DNA of 63,487 nucleotides, counting the filler, from Choristocarpus tenellus KU-1152 (taxonomy: Eukaryota > Protista > Phaeophyceae): assembly GCA_964200185.2 (NCBI GenBank). It is 7 parts of 7 records of this genome, joined end to end, with 100 filler letters (N's around TTAATTAATTAA, not from the genome) between each part and the next. Parts side by side here need not be neighbours in the genome. Positions count along the whole stretch, not along the records: positions 1 to 21,817 come from CAXNAD020000320.1; positions 21,918 to 30,040 come from CAXNAD020005108.1; 5 more parts are not named here. One strand, given 5' to 3'. Position numbers and translations under genes: made by a program. Positions 12,201-23,630 of this stretch are shown here, piece by piece; within the stretch, counting starts at the first letter, position 1, and each line of letters opens with the position of its first letter. The notes under the pieces were generated by a model that did not search any database, had not been told where the DNA came from, and was given only the letters and a program-made list of their open reading frames with translations.

Positions 12201-15150
12201 TCTCTATATTATCAGAGCTTGCTCAGGTTTTGTAATCACCAGAACATCAATATCCTTCAAAACAAGTTTAGAGCATTCTTATGCGCTTAAAAAGAGGTCC
12301 TCGAATCCTCTTCATTTCCTTTTTTTTTTTTTGCAAACGAAGTCTAATCCACTACTCTACACAGGGCATGCACATATCTAAATTTGAGACAAAACATTTG
12401 GTGTTCACAACAGGGTTTGTTCATCCTCATTCTTCCCACCGGCCCATAGCATCCTAGAGGGTGGGGGGGGGGTTCAGCCCAGGTTTTCCATTCAGGGCTT
12501 GATGGGGTCGGGTGTTTGTAAAACACACCAATTTGATACCCGTGTTGCAAGTGATTTTCCTTTGGATTTGGTCCAGGCAGAAATATGGAAAGGAACGTGC
12601 ATTAAGATGAAGGAAATGGCCCTTACATCTGACACTTTCACTCAGATAACATGAAGACCACTGCAGAGTCATGAAGGCCCTGAATGGGTGCCTGGTTCCC
12701 CCACTAGGATATATACTATGTGCCACCAATTTTGAACATAAACTTCAGTCATCAAGAACACGTACTTGATGAAGTAAGCATGCTGAGGCGCTACAGTAAT
12801 TTTATAATATGATAGAATATAACCATTCTCTCTCTCTTGGCACTAATTTGCTGCAATATGTTTTGTAATACACGCCGAAGGTAACATGGAGGCATTTCCT
12901 GTGGCTGACAAAAATTGTGATCCTAACCTTAGTCCAAAGACATATACATACTATATTAATAGGTACAGTCGTATGACAATGAAAAACTGTCCCCACTGAT
13001 CATCGATGAGCTGATGTTCAGAGTATTGCAACATCACGACTAGTAAATAGTCCTTGAAGTAATCTGCGGTGGAAATCAAACCGTTTATCAATACAATCTT
13101 GCTGATGTGTTAGATATTCTAGGGGGATTGAGGTCGTTACCCGCCATACTGGGTTTGTTTGATTGCAGCCATTATTGTGCGGTAATTTTTCCTTTCCTAG
13201 CAGACTCTTTTTTGCTGGGTGGGGTTGTAATTGATGGAAGGCTTGTTGTCACCTTCTATCCACTATATGATACCATGAAACACAGGTCAACGGCCATGTA
13301 GACTCAAGGTGCTTAGCTGCAGAATAGCAACAAGGTTCTTGTTGTCAATATTCAGGGTTAGAGGTTTAGGTATCTGACTCTACTTACTAAAAGCAAGGCC
13401 TGGGGTTCAAAAAGCTGCAGTGTTTGTTGTGTTTATGCAATGTATGTATGTATTGTTAGGAATGGCACTGATTGAATTGCCGGCATTCAACCAATCGAAT
13501 AATTAATATCTAAACAAAAGGCTTGATTTAATTGCATATTTAATAGGGCACACACTCATCTGAAATTTCCTCGATGTTTGGTGTATTGCACAGGTTTTGG
13601 TATTATTTGAGGGAACGGAAAAATCTTGAGCCAACACAATCTATACTCACCAATTTGATTCACAATATTAGCTATGTAAGTAAATGGGGAAGTGAATTGC
13701 GTTACAAAACGAGTGTGACTGGGGTCAGATGTATTTGCTTGAAGACTTCACCGCATCTTGAGCGATGTAAGGCAGGAGGACTGACCGCTACTGGACTTAA
13801 GAGATTGACAATCCCCTTCGAAACAAAATGCACAGTTTCTTGTTATATTGCTTTTAGCATTTGGAATATTGGATCTGTGGCTCACATGGGAGAGGCCATG
13901 TAATGGGAGGAATGGGTATGGGGGGTGGGAGATTGCTTGGATCACTTGGAAGTATCCTGTCAAGCGACACGACTGAGTGACCAATTGGTGCTCTTCAAGA
14001 ATACAATAAAAATCTTGTTCCAAGATGTCAATAACTTCGTCTTAAGTGAAAAGGCACGCTCAAAACTGAAAGAGCAAGTCCACAACAACTTTCCACTCGA
14101 CATCACTCCCCCACCTTTGTCCTTTCTCTTTCTGTATAACATACCTTTCCCTCTTTGACCAGGACCGCGCAGGTGGTGCAGCAGCCATTACGACACATGC
14201 GTCTACCATTGATCATCTTCATCTGTAGGTCATGCCCAGCATCCTCAAATGCAAAGTATATGTAGCGGTCCACAGGGACATCCATTGTTGCCACCTCCTC
14301 TCCCGCCTTGTTCATCACGGTAACCTGTTAGCCCACAGACAAAACAGTGAAAGGACAAGGTGCAATGAGACAATGCAGAAGAAGGGTGCACTGCCCGGCC
14401 ATGTGACAGGCGTAACTGTGAGCTACATAAAAGGGCTGATCATATGCTACAGCCGCAAAAAATATGATAGTGTGCGTGCATTACAAGCGCCTATCGATCA
14501 AGTCACATAGATCATCCCTCTCAGAGTCTCCCTCCTCGCGCTGATTAATGTTCACATGACTGGTTCATTTCAGCTAACGAATGGGACGCAAGGGAAGTAG
14601 CCAATAATAACCACATTGACACAAACGCAGAGAGAGAAAACAAGCATAAACTCAATGATCACTGAAGTTCATGAAGAGCAGAATATACCCAGCAAATGGG
14701 GCAGAGTTCACAATAGTTTACTGCTGCCCAGTATTGTCTACTGCATAGGTCTCCTTCCCTTGGAAATATTTCGCCCCCATATCAAATAAGGAGGTTACAT
14801 AGAGGAAGTGCTTCAGCAGAGCCCGATGTGGGCACGTGCCAGGCTCGCGCTGTGGAGTTTCATTAAACTTCAAGAATGCAAGGCCACAATTTTTTTCATA
14901 ACTCTCCTACCTTGTGGGTCTCGGCATTAGGGTCTCCAGGCCAAACTCCCCCATACCCCGGCTCAAGCTTTTCCCCTCGCCAGCGATTGGGCGAATCTCT
15001 TATGTCGTATCCCATTCTTGTTGCAGTTCGAGTTATCCTGGCAACCCCTACCCTCAGAGTCCGTGGCGCCAACGTCGAAACAAAGGCCTGGGAAGGAATT
15101 GCCAGGGCTAGTCCTAGAAATCCTCCAAACCAAGGTCGGTGAATGAGCAT
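9210..15150 (-). CDS. Plastid-targeted 2Fe-2S ferredoxin with C-terminal extension (FdC2/cyanobacterial Fed2 type), 4 exons
   Basis: Exons 15150-14911, 14324-14145, 10629-10513, 9287-9210, all phase 0 with GT-AG boundaries. Leader ...LGLALAIPSQA-FV; ligands CRNGCCTTC and YALTCCAYP; C-terminal tail QDEDEVYVMQWGDSFEGGGVEWGGFLPEEE*. Confidence 0.9.
11451..11488. repeat. (GGCA)n microsatellite in the ferredoxin intron
   Basis: ggcaggcgggcaggcaggcaggcaggcaggca seen directly. Confidence 0.8.
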
Positions 15151-16398
15151 GTTTTCACTTTTGCCTTTGGTCTGTGCTTCTGTTGGACCAACCGTTCTCG
15201 ACAATTGTCTTTAAACCAAACATGAATAGGACGGGGTTTTTTGGGAATTGATCGCTTTCGCGAGGTTTTTTCGCCGGGTTGCGCGCGATTTGATCAATTT
15301 AATTTGGGTAATAAAAAGAAGAGACAAATTAAGAAGTGGTAACTTACTAAGGGAGACTCAGTCATACACACCCAATATCACGTAACTACAAAAGTTGTAT
15401 TTCGAAGTATTAAATTAATCTGGTATCAACCACCCCTCCACAACGATATGTTTGTCATGCATTTTAAGCTGGAGACACCAGGGAGATGGGCAAGGAGGGG
15501 CTTGTTAGATTCTTGGGATGCTTCCCTAGCTTGGTGCAGTATTAAGCTAGGTTGGAGGCACAGACAGGAAGGCAGCGGTGTAGCATAGCTGATCGTAAAA
15601 CAGTGAATAGATGAATGTCTTTCATATTTGCGACAACTAACTGTTACTTTTTTAGGGGTTATTCTGATGTGTGAATAGTTTTCATTGGTTTTTCCCCTTA
15701 CACATCTCGAAAATGTCAAAAAGCATAATACTACTATAATTATTTTTAGCTTTTTTCTGAGGGTCTTCTCTGTTATAAGTTATACTGACAGAGATACCAC
15801 CCCCTCCTCCTTCTTCGCCTCAGGACGTGGACGTCTCAAGTTATTGTGCGCTGTGGGATAACAATAATGTTCCCTCTAGTTCCTCCCAAGGGTCTTCGAC
15901 AGGTAATTAATTGTTTTGTCAACAAATGAGTGAGGGATTTCAAGAACTCTCTCTCATATCATCTCCCATCCATGTTCCCTTATATATGTATTTTGGACTT
16001 CAATCAAGGACGATTAACAGCGTGTTGTATCCTAACACAATTATCGTTAATTTTTGTCATGTTTTGGGTTGCCTATCTATTCCTTGCATTTCATTCAAAT
16101 GATAATCTTTTTCTCGTCAGTTTCTGACCGCTAATTGTTTTATTGAACATCAACACGAACTGCCCTAACCCTAGTCTGGTTCATGCTGACCTCGTCCAAG
16201 TTCACCCAACCTCAGATTTCAATCTCGACTTCAACAGAGGGTTGAGCAGATAGTCGATTTCCGATCACCAGCTCGGGGTTAATCCCTCTTCCACTGGCTG
16301 TACCTGGTTTGGGAGCGGCTCGGTGACCTTGGGCTTCGTCGAAGCCTTGGGGAAAAGCCTATCGCCACTCCAACAAGGACAACACCAAATTTCCGTTC

Positions 16399-19300
16399 AT
16401 GGGCAAACGAACACCTTGCCTTTGCAAGGCATCAGGGGTCCTACCGGTTCTCACTGTGGCCACCCTCGCAAGGAATTGTTTGGGAATTGTGAACGCTTTC
16501 AATGGTGTTACTTCGAGGGCCTCTTCGTTTCGCGCAAGGTCTGACGCAGGAAAGTTGTTGTCCCCTAAGCAAAAGGGTTTTGCATTGGCGCGCAGGAATG
16601 AAGACGGAGCGGACCGCCCTCGGTCTACAACCTTAGCTTCCTCTACAGGCTTGGCTGAAGGGCACAAGACCGCGAGGTAATCGCCATATGAACTCGTCCC
16701 AAGCCATAGGGCGTAGATGTCAACACTCGGTTTTCGTAGACACTACTCGTTGCGTTGTGACTGAGATATCGTGCAAGGTGCTCCTGATAATCCTTTTCAT
16801 GACTTTTCTCTAACTCTTTAATCGAGCACAACTGGGTCTACATTGCCTTGGGAATCACGCTTGGTGCAGACCTGCGCCAGAGTCGAGATGTTTAGGCTAG
16901 TAGCCGCAAAAGGAGTTTCCCGATGACACCTGACGTCGCTGACAACATATTTGCTATTGCATCTTTCAAGTTGAGAGTCCAATCACTTTAGAGTATGTCA
17001 CCAAGAAATATCTCGCTGAAAGATAAAGCGGATTCGTCTCCTAGACAGCTCTCATATATATAGATTTCTTCATTTATCATAGCACCACGGTAGATAGTTG
17101 AGGCAATTGGTTAGGCCTTGGTCAATGCTTTCACTCACCTTAGGTTGATCCCACCTCCCTCGATGACGTGCTTTGGATTACCCGTGCTACATCTTAGCCT
17201 GACGCACTACATATGACTCCTCCCACATGACATACAGCGAACCTGGGTCTGTGGATGTTGAGGACGCCGCAGTGCCTGGGCAGGATGAGTTTAGAGTGCC
17301 AATAAAGGTTGATGAAAAGCGATGGGAAGCTAGGAATGTCGAACGCACTAAACAAGGTCAGGTTCTTCTGCTCGAGGTTTGACCTACTGAAGAAAGAGTA
17401 TTCGGTTGTTTGGCATGTTGATGTGGGGAAGTGGTCTAGGCGTACCACAAAACATGCACGTTGGGTGCAAGTCGTTTACAAGGTTATGCTGCCCGTTTTA
17501 CAGACTTAGCGTGATTCTTTTTTGGTATACAACTTACCTGTTGTATTTTGGTTGGTAGTTTCATACCATTCATGAGAAAACTCTCTATCCTGAATGACTT
17601 TATCTTCTCTCTGCCTTACAACCAAAGCCGAAAAGCCGAAGTCAATCAATTGTCTTGATTACCATAATGTCTTCTCCCTTAAAATTTAGGATTGCCAGAT
17701 GCCTCTAAAGTGCATACTTACCCTCAACCCTGCCCAACCCTTACTCTAACTAACTCCCTCTTACACCTCAAACACCAGGAGAAAGGGGGAAGGGGGGAGT
17801 GGGGGCAGGAGCGGCAGCAAGGGTGGGGGCAGGTGCTGGTAACACTCCTAGGCTTGGCGTAATTCACAAGGCAGACCCAAGCAAGAGGCGAAAAAGGGTA
17901 GTCAAGCAGGAGGCTGGGAAGAATGATCTGCAAGGCAGGAATATTGCGAGATTAGACAAGCTTGTAAGCAGGGAGGTGAATCCAGAAGTGGTACGGAGAA
18001 CGGTGATGTATTACCTGGAGAATCCCAGGGGTTTGAATGCGTACCAATGTTCAGCCTTGGGAATGTCCTGTGCTCGACACTGTGATATCATGCTCGTGAA
18101 GGATGTATGCGAAATGGTGAGGACTGGAGTAGGACGAAAGGGTGGGGGGGAATGTTGCTTGTGAGATGCACTTTGTTGTTTTTGCAGGTGGTGTGTTGTT
18201 CAGTTGAAGGACACATGTTGGGAATAGTGTTGAATGAGGTGTTTGCACAGCTTTTGCCGTGTGTGTATTAGATATGGCAGGATTGGCTAAGTGATTGGCT
18301 AAGTGATTGGCTAAGTGCTGGAAATGATACAAACAGGAACCGTTTGCGCAAAAGGAATGGGCAATATGTTACATCCAACGCATGTGATGTGTTTGCTCTG
18401 TGAAGTTGTCTGCCCCGCCGCGTTTTGTCCTATTTCTTTGAGAATCTTGGAAGGAAGATGTTAGTCACACACACTGTGGAGTATTAAGAGAGGTCAAGAG
18501 AGTAAGAGAGATCGAGAGAGTGAATGCATTGCTAGAATTGTAGTAGGAAGACAGGCGTTACTGATGTCATCGAGTCAGGGGTAGGAACCTATTGTTACTT
18601 CTAATACTTTTTCAAAGCTGGCCTGATCCATGATTTGGGACCTATTCTCCACCTGTCGTTGGTGCTTTGTCACTGTCAAGTGTCGATCACTGGGGTTGAA
18701 AACGGATGTGTCGTTTATGACAAAGCTGGTGAACTCTGCTGCCACTGGTCACAGATGGCTCATGACTGTTGAGGTAAGATTTGTAGGACACAGTAGTGGA
18801 GAAAGGTCAGGGGAGGATGAAATGGAATTTGAGTCTTTTTCATACTTCAAGTGGTGTCAGATGTCTTGCAAATATTGTACACTTGTGTTGCTTGGAGATA
18901 ACTGTGGCTTAGTACCATGCTGCAGCAGTTAGTGTGTTTTGACTGGATAACAATAGCCAGAGCGTTGCTCTGTGGTCTTGGCTGTTAAGTGAGCTTCAGC
19001 TCTGCCTTTTGAATGATGTCCAATCCTGAAATATGATCTTGTCTTCGTGAATTTTCCTTGATACATTCTGGCAGTAACTTGAAATTTTGATGAAAACGTT
19101 CTTGGTAATTGTCTCTCTGTTGTTGCCTCTGTGTGCCTTGCTTATGACGCCTTATGACGCCTTATGATGCCTTTTTGGGCAATCCTTCCACTCTGATCAA
19201 CAACTTGGAACCCCCACTCCCCTTTGGCTTGTGTGTGTGATATCCTGCACTGTCATGTTCAGCTGATGCAGTTGATGCGATCATACAACGCTCCACCCAA

Positions 19301-20106
19301 TGAGGTCACCTACTGTGCTGTGCTCTCTGTGATGGCCAAGGCCATGCAGGTGCTCTTCACTCCTTCCCGCACCAATGCCTGATCAATAACTGATCAACTC
19401 CCCCCACCTCACCTGACTTGCCCCCTGTACTGCTTGTCTGCCAAGATGTTGAGATACTGGCACATTTGAGGTCGTGAGTGGTGTAGTTTGTCCTGTTAGT
19501 AGAGTGATACATCAATATCTTGTCTTGGTCACCTTTCAGTATAATTGATTGTCCTCCACAGGAGATTTGTCTGAAGTGAAGACGTCAAGAGGGAAAGATT
19601 TTTTTTGATGACAGTGGTCTTGGGTTGTGCACAAGAGATGTAGTGAGTAGAAAGGTTGCTGTCTCTTGCTCTCTGCGCATCCCCTCCGTGGTAGTTGTGA
19701 GTTTTGAAACAAATTTACTTCCCACCCTGATGGTGGGTTGCTTCTCTTTGTTGCTGTGGCCTCTATGACCATGTTGGTTGTTACAAGGCATGTAACTTAA
19801 TTGGGTTGTTGCCGTTGGTGGGCCTGGCCACCAGAGAAAGGGAGCACAACCCGTGAGGTGTTGAAACTGCTGGAGGGTCACCCCCTCTCCCTTCCCTGCC
19901 TTGTGCAGTTGCTCAGGTAAACTGCAACCCCTGAGACCTCTCACCATGCCTTCTTCTGTGCGTGTTGTTTTTGAAAGTATGGTCTGGTGGATGATCTGAT
20001 GCAAACTGAAGGACTGGAGGGTAACCTACATGCCTACAATGCTCTCATCTCTGGCTGTGCTAAGATGTGCAACCGAAGCAAGGCCCAGACCTATTTTGAT
20101 AGAATG
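16399..20106 (+). CDS. Pentatricopeptide-repeat (PPR) protein, probable plastid-targeting leader; 3' end missing (contig ends at 21817)
   Basis: Phase-consistent exons 16399-16676, 17238-17356, 17779-18116, 18681-18773, 19263-19349, 19978-20106. PPR-like motifs PNEVTYCAVLSVMAKA and GLEGNLHAYNALISGCAKMCNRSKAQTYFDRM; hydrophobic leader ending GIVNA-FN. A small exon between 19349 and 19978 may be missed. Confidence 0.78.
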
Positions 20107-21817
20107 GTAAGCAAGGCATACCAGAGAAAATGGTAGTATATAGGGTGTGGGCTTTGTGTGGGTTGTTTGTGTGGGTTGTTTGTGGGGGGTGGGGTAGAGG
20201 AAGAAGTGAGCGAAGATACGATTACCTTTGAGATGTGTTTTGATTAAATTTGTGAGACTCCTGTTGTTGTGCCCTCAACTTACATAGATGTAGTTTGACT
20301 AGATGGTTGATGGAGTGTTTACCACAAGGTTTTTATTTATTTTGTTTGTGCATGCTAAATACCTCGGTAGAGAAAGTCATTTTTTTTTATCTTTAACATT
20401 TAATCTTGAAATATCTGTACGTTTATTCTTAAATTTGATTCCTTTTAATGTTTCTACATTTGTAATTTCTACATATTTATGTAGAGCAAGACAGATCGCC
20501 CCTGAAAATAGCACAAGGATAGTCACCGGGTTTAGAACGGCCTCTGAAGCATCACTAACACCTGAAAAGAAGAAAACTTGAAAGAAAATGGTTACCCTGA
20601 GTAAAAGAAAAGCTATAGAACTTTTTTCTGCAATCTTTTCTAGATTGGTTTATTAAAATAAATTTAGAATATTAGCAACATGTCTTGCGGATTTTAAGAG
20701 GTGTAAAAGAGTTATGGTCAAGCAGTTTTTAAGATGACAAAGAGAATTATCTTCTAACAGAAAAGGTTTTGGATCAAATTTTAGTTTTTGTTAGTGTTCT
20801 AAAATAGTCTCATGTTCTTCTTCTTCTTATTTTTACTCTATCATTGTAAATCGTCTTCTAAAAATTAAGTTGATTGATTTAGCTTCTATAGAACATATTT
20901 TTGAAGAAATATCTAGGCAGTTTTTTGTGTGCATTGATACAAAAAAAATTCAAGGTTTGCTACTGTATAGGAGATATCAGTAAGATCAAGCGAATTGATT
21001 ACAGATAGTAAAGGAATGAAATCAGTGGAGATTTATTGAACTTTTAGGTTGGGAAAGAAAGAAATTAGTTTTTTAAAGAGTTTTTTAGTATTAGAGCTTT
21101 AATTAAAAAAAAATGATTTAGAGGCTAGTGTGGACCCATCACTCATTGGTGGTATTGTTGTAAAATATGGTAACAACTTCATAGCTTGTTGAATGTGTTG
21201 CTGAAGTGATGTGTGCGTATGCGGCAGATTTGTATTGTGACAAGGTGTATTATTCACTAGTGGAGAGAAGTGTACACAATGTCAGCTGAGAAATTTATCA
21301 GAGAGTCTAAGGAAAGTGGTGGGTGGATTGGGGAGGGGACGGGAGGGTGAGGAGGGTGAGGGTGAGGGAAGAGTTGTAAATAAATTTCAGCAGTTAAATG
21401 ATGACTTGCAAGAACGACTGTTTGACTTGGGAATGGTTTTGTAAGTTCATGTATTTTTGTGGGTTCGAAGAACAGTGGACCGATGCGTTTTGATGGATGA
21501 TTTGTATGCTTGATGGAGGGGGTGGTGCGTATTATGCTCAAGGTGTATGTGTGGAATAAACACAACTCTAGCAGCGTCTGTGAGGTGCTAATAACCAAGG
21601 TGTTGATATAACTCAATTGATGACAGCACTTGAGAAGATTATGAAAGCTGCATGTAATGTGCTATGCAGTAAGAAAGGTGTTGAAAGGGTAATCAGATGA
21701 GAGTAGAAACATCTGTGTACATGTGTTCGTAGTGTTGGTTGGGGGGGTGAGGGGTTGGGGAGTTGGGGGGAGGGACATTTGGGGATGTTGTGAGATGAGC
21801 ACTGTTCAACACCTAAA

Positions 21818-21917
21818 NNNNNNNNNNNNNNNNNNNNNNNNNNNNNNNNNNNNNNNNNNNNTTAATTAATTAANNNNNNNNNNNNNNNNNNNNNNNNNNN
21901 NNNNNNNNNNNNNNNNN
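21818..21917. other. Artificial contig linker N44-TTAATTAATTAA-N44 (also at 30041-30140, 38526-38625, 45274-45373, 52424-52523, 60144-60243)
   Basis: The identical 100-nt spacer with a six-frame stop cassette occurs six times, and genes are cut at these points. Confidence 0.97.
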
Positions 21918-22666
21918 CCCCCCCAGATACTTTAACCCAAATAAGCACTCTCAAGTCAAACTTAGAACTATATCCATCGAAATATTGGTGAATGGTAAGA
22001 GATTGAAACACAGACATAAAGTGCAAATTGGTCCAAATCTGGGCACTCTTTGCTTACTTTGGCTCTTTGGAGGTAGAGATGGAAACGAATTCAACAGTAA
22101 CACCTTGTGCAAGATAGAAATCACCTGGAGTTGTTTCAGCAACACAAAATGACTGGGTAACTGAAGCACTATGATAATTGTAGATCACTTTGATATCTCT
22201 CTGAAAAATATAGCGGAGGTTTTGTTCTGGACAGATTTAGCTCTATCGCCATATTTTTTCTCCGCAGGCTCTCCAGACTCGGGGTTGGAAACAACCAGGA
22301 GCAGAGATGCTGCGAAACATGCTCTCCAGTATGCCAATGAAGGTTTACAAGGGTCACAGGGAGAGCAAGCAGGTTCCTTACCAGGCAAGGCAAAACAATG
22401 GGGCATTGGAGATTGCTTGAAGTAAATCGGGGTGGAACTAGGCTAGGTGGTGGGGTTGAGCTGAAGGATTGTGAGCTATGGTACATACCAGCTTGCTGTG
22501 ATTACTGAGTAGTACCAGTTTACTTGAAGTAAGCAAACAGTACAAGAGTGCAGACCCTAGTCTTGGTTCTTGCTTACAATCAGGTGGGAGAACTATTTGG
22601 TGTAATTGAGAGATTTTGAGTTGGGTTGCTTCAAGACTTGAAACATGGCAAGGGCTGAGGAGAGGA

Positions 22667-22923
22667 GGGCCAAATTATCTTAGAGGGTAGCCGCGTCCAT
22701 TTGGGGGTCAAAATTCAATGTGCAATCTCGATATAATTTTGGCTATCTTGTTTGTTAGAAAGTGTCAATATCCTTGTTCCGGACACACATTTTCATAACG
22801 CACACATTTTACCTACTCCGAAATATTTTGAAGTAGGAAAATGCCATAAAAAAACCCTGAGGGAAGCCAAGCCCCAAATGGACAAACAGGGCAAAACTCG
22901 TACCCTCTAAGATACTTTCACTC
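22667..22923 (+). mobile_element. MITE family A copy (~255 bp; TIR GAGT(C/G)AAAGTATCTTAGAGGGTA)
   Basis: TIRs gggccaaattatcttagagggta...taccctctaagatactttcactc; flanks AGGA/AGTA; body homologous to the other copies. Confidence 0.88.
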
Positions 22924-23630
22924 AGTAGGGCTGTAATGAGGGCCTCCTAGAGCGATTTTGATCCTGATATTGAGCAAACCATTCCCTTATGTACAACCCA
23001 GAGATTGAAAAAAGTAGGACCTACTATGAATCTGTTCTTTCTGCACACTTTGGAATACATGATCCCACAGTTGCAGTAGACTCTGGAGGCACTGAACTGC
23101 ACCGTAGGACAAGGGATGTTTTGGAGTCCTTGCCAAAACTTATTTTTGGGATGAAGCCGGGAGTACTATTCTTGTCAATGTTAATTTTTCCAGAAGTACT
23201 TTGAAAACAGTGAGATTAGCTCAGAATGGATACTCCCACTACTTGGGATACTACCAAATATCAAGAGACCGTCAGTTTTCAGAAACTTGTTGAGACAAAG
23301 CTGCAACACGGAACAATATGGCTATATTCTGCAGTCCTCTGCCTCTCACGACCATTTGCCTTCTTCATAACTGTGTCCATGCACTCCCTCCCCCCCAACT
23401 CGAATATCCCCTCTCTGCGTGTGTCCTATCTCATCTTCAACAGAGATGGTTGGGCTTCTCATTTTCTCTTGTACATAACATGGCGATACCCCTTCCTTTG
23501 GACAGTCAGCTTGGACATCAAATTGCCCATTATATATCTCCTTTAAATGTTTACAGTCTCTTCCTTGTCCCACATCTCTCTTCAAGTTTGGGTCTCACCT
23601 GGTGATGTGTCTTTTCCAAATCCCTTGCAG

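Noticed and set aside
21257-21616. 119-aa minus ORF as an extension of the TAA-only frame
   Set aside because: It is Pro/His/Thr-rich, which is explained by GT/G-rich low-complexity intron DNA, and its composition differs from the AT-rich island.
21862-21873. Repeated TTAATTAATTAA palindrome between N runs as a biological motif
   Set aside because: It is an identical 100-nt artificial linker at every contig join.
22268-23204. Additional upstream dynein exons
   Set aside because: Candidates at 22268 and ~23002 could not be joined in a consistent phase, so I left them out of the model.
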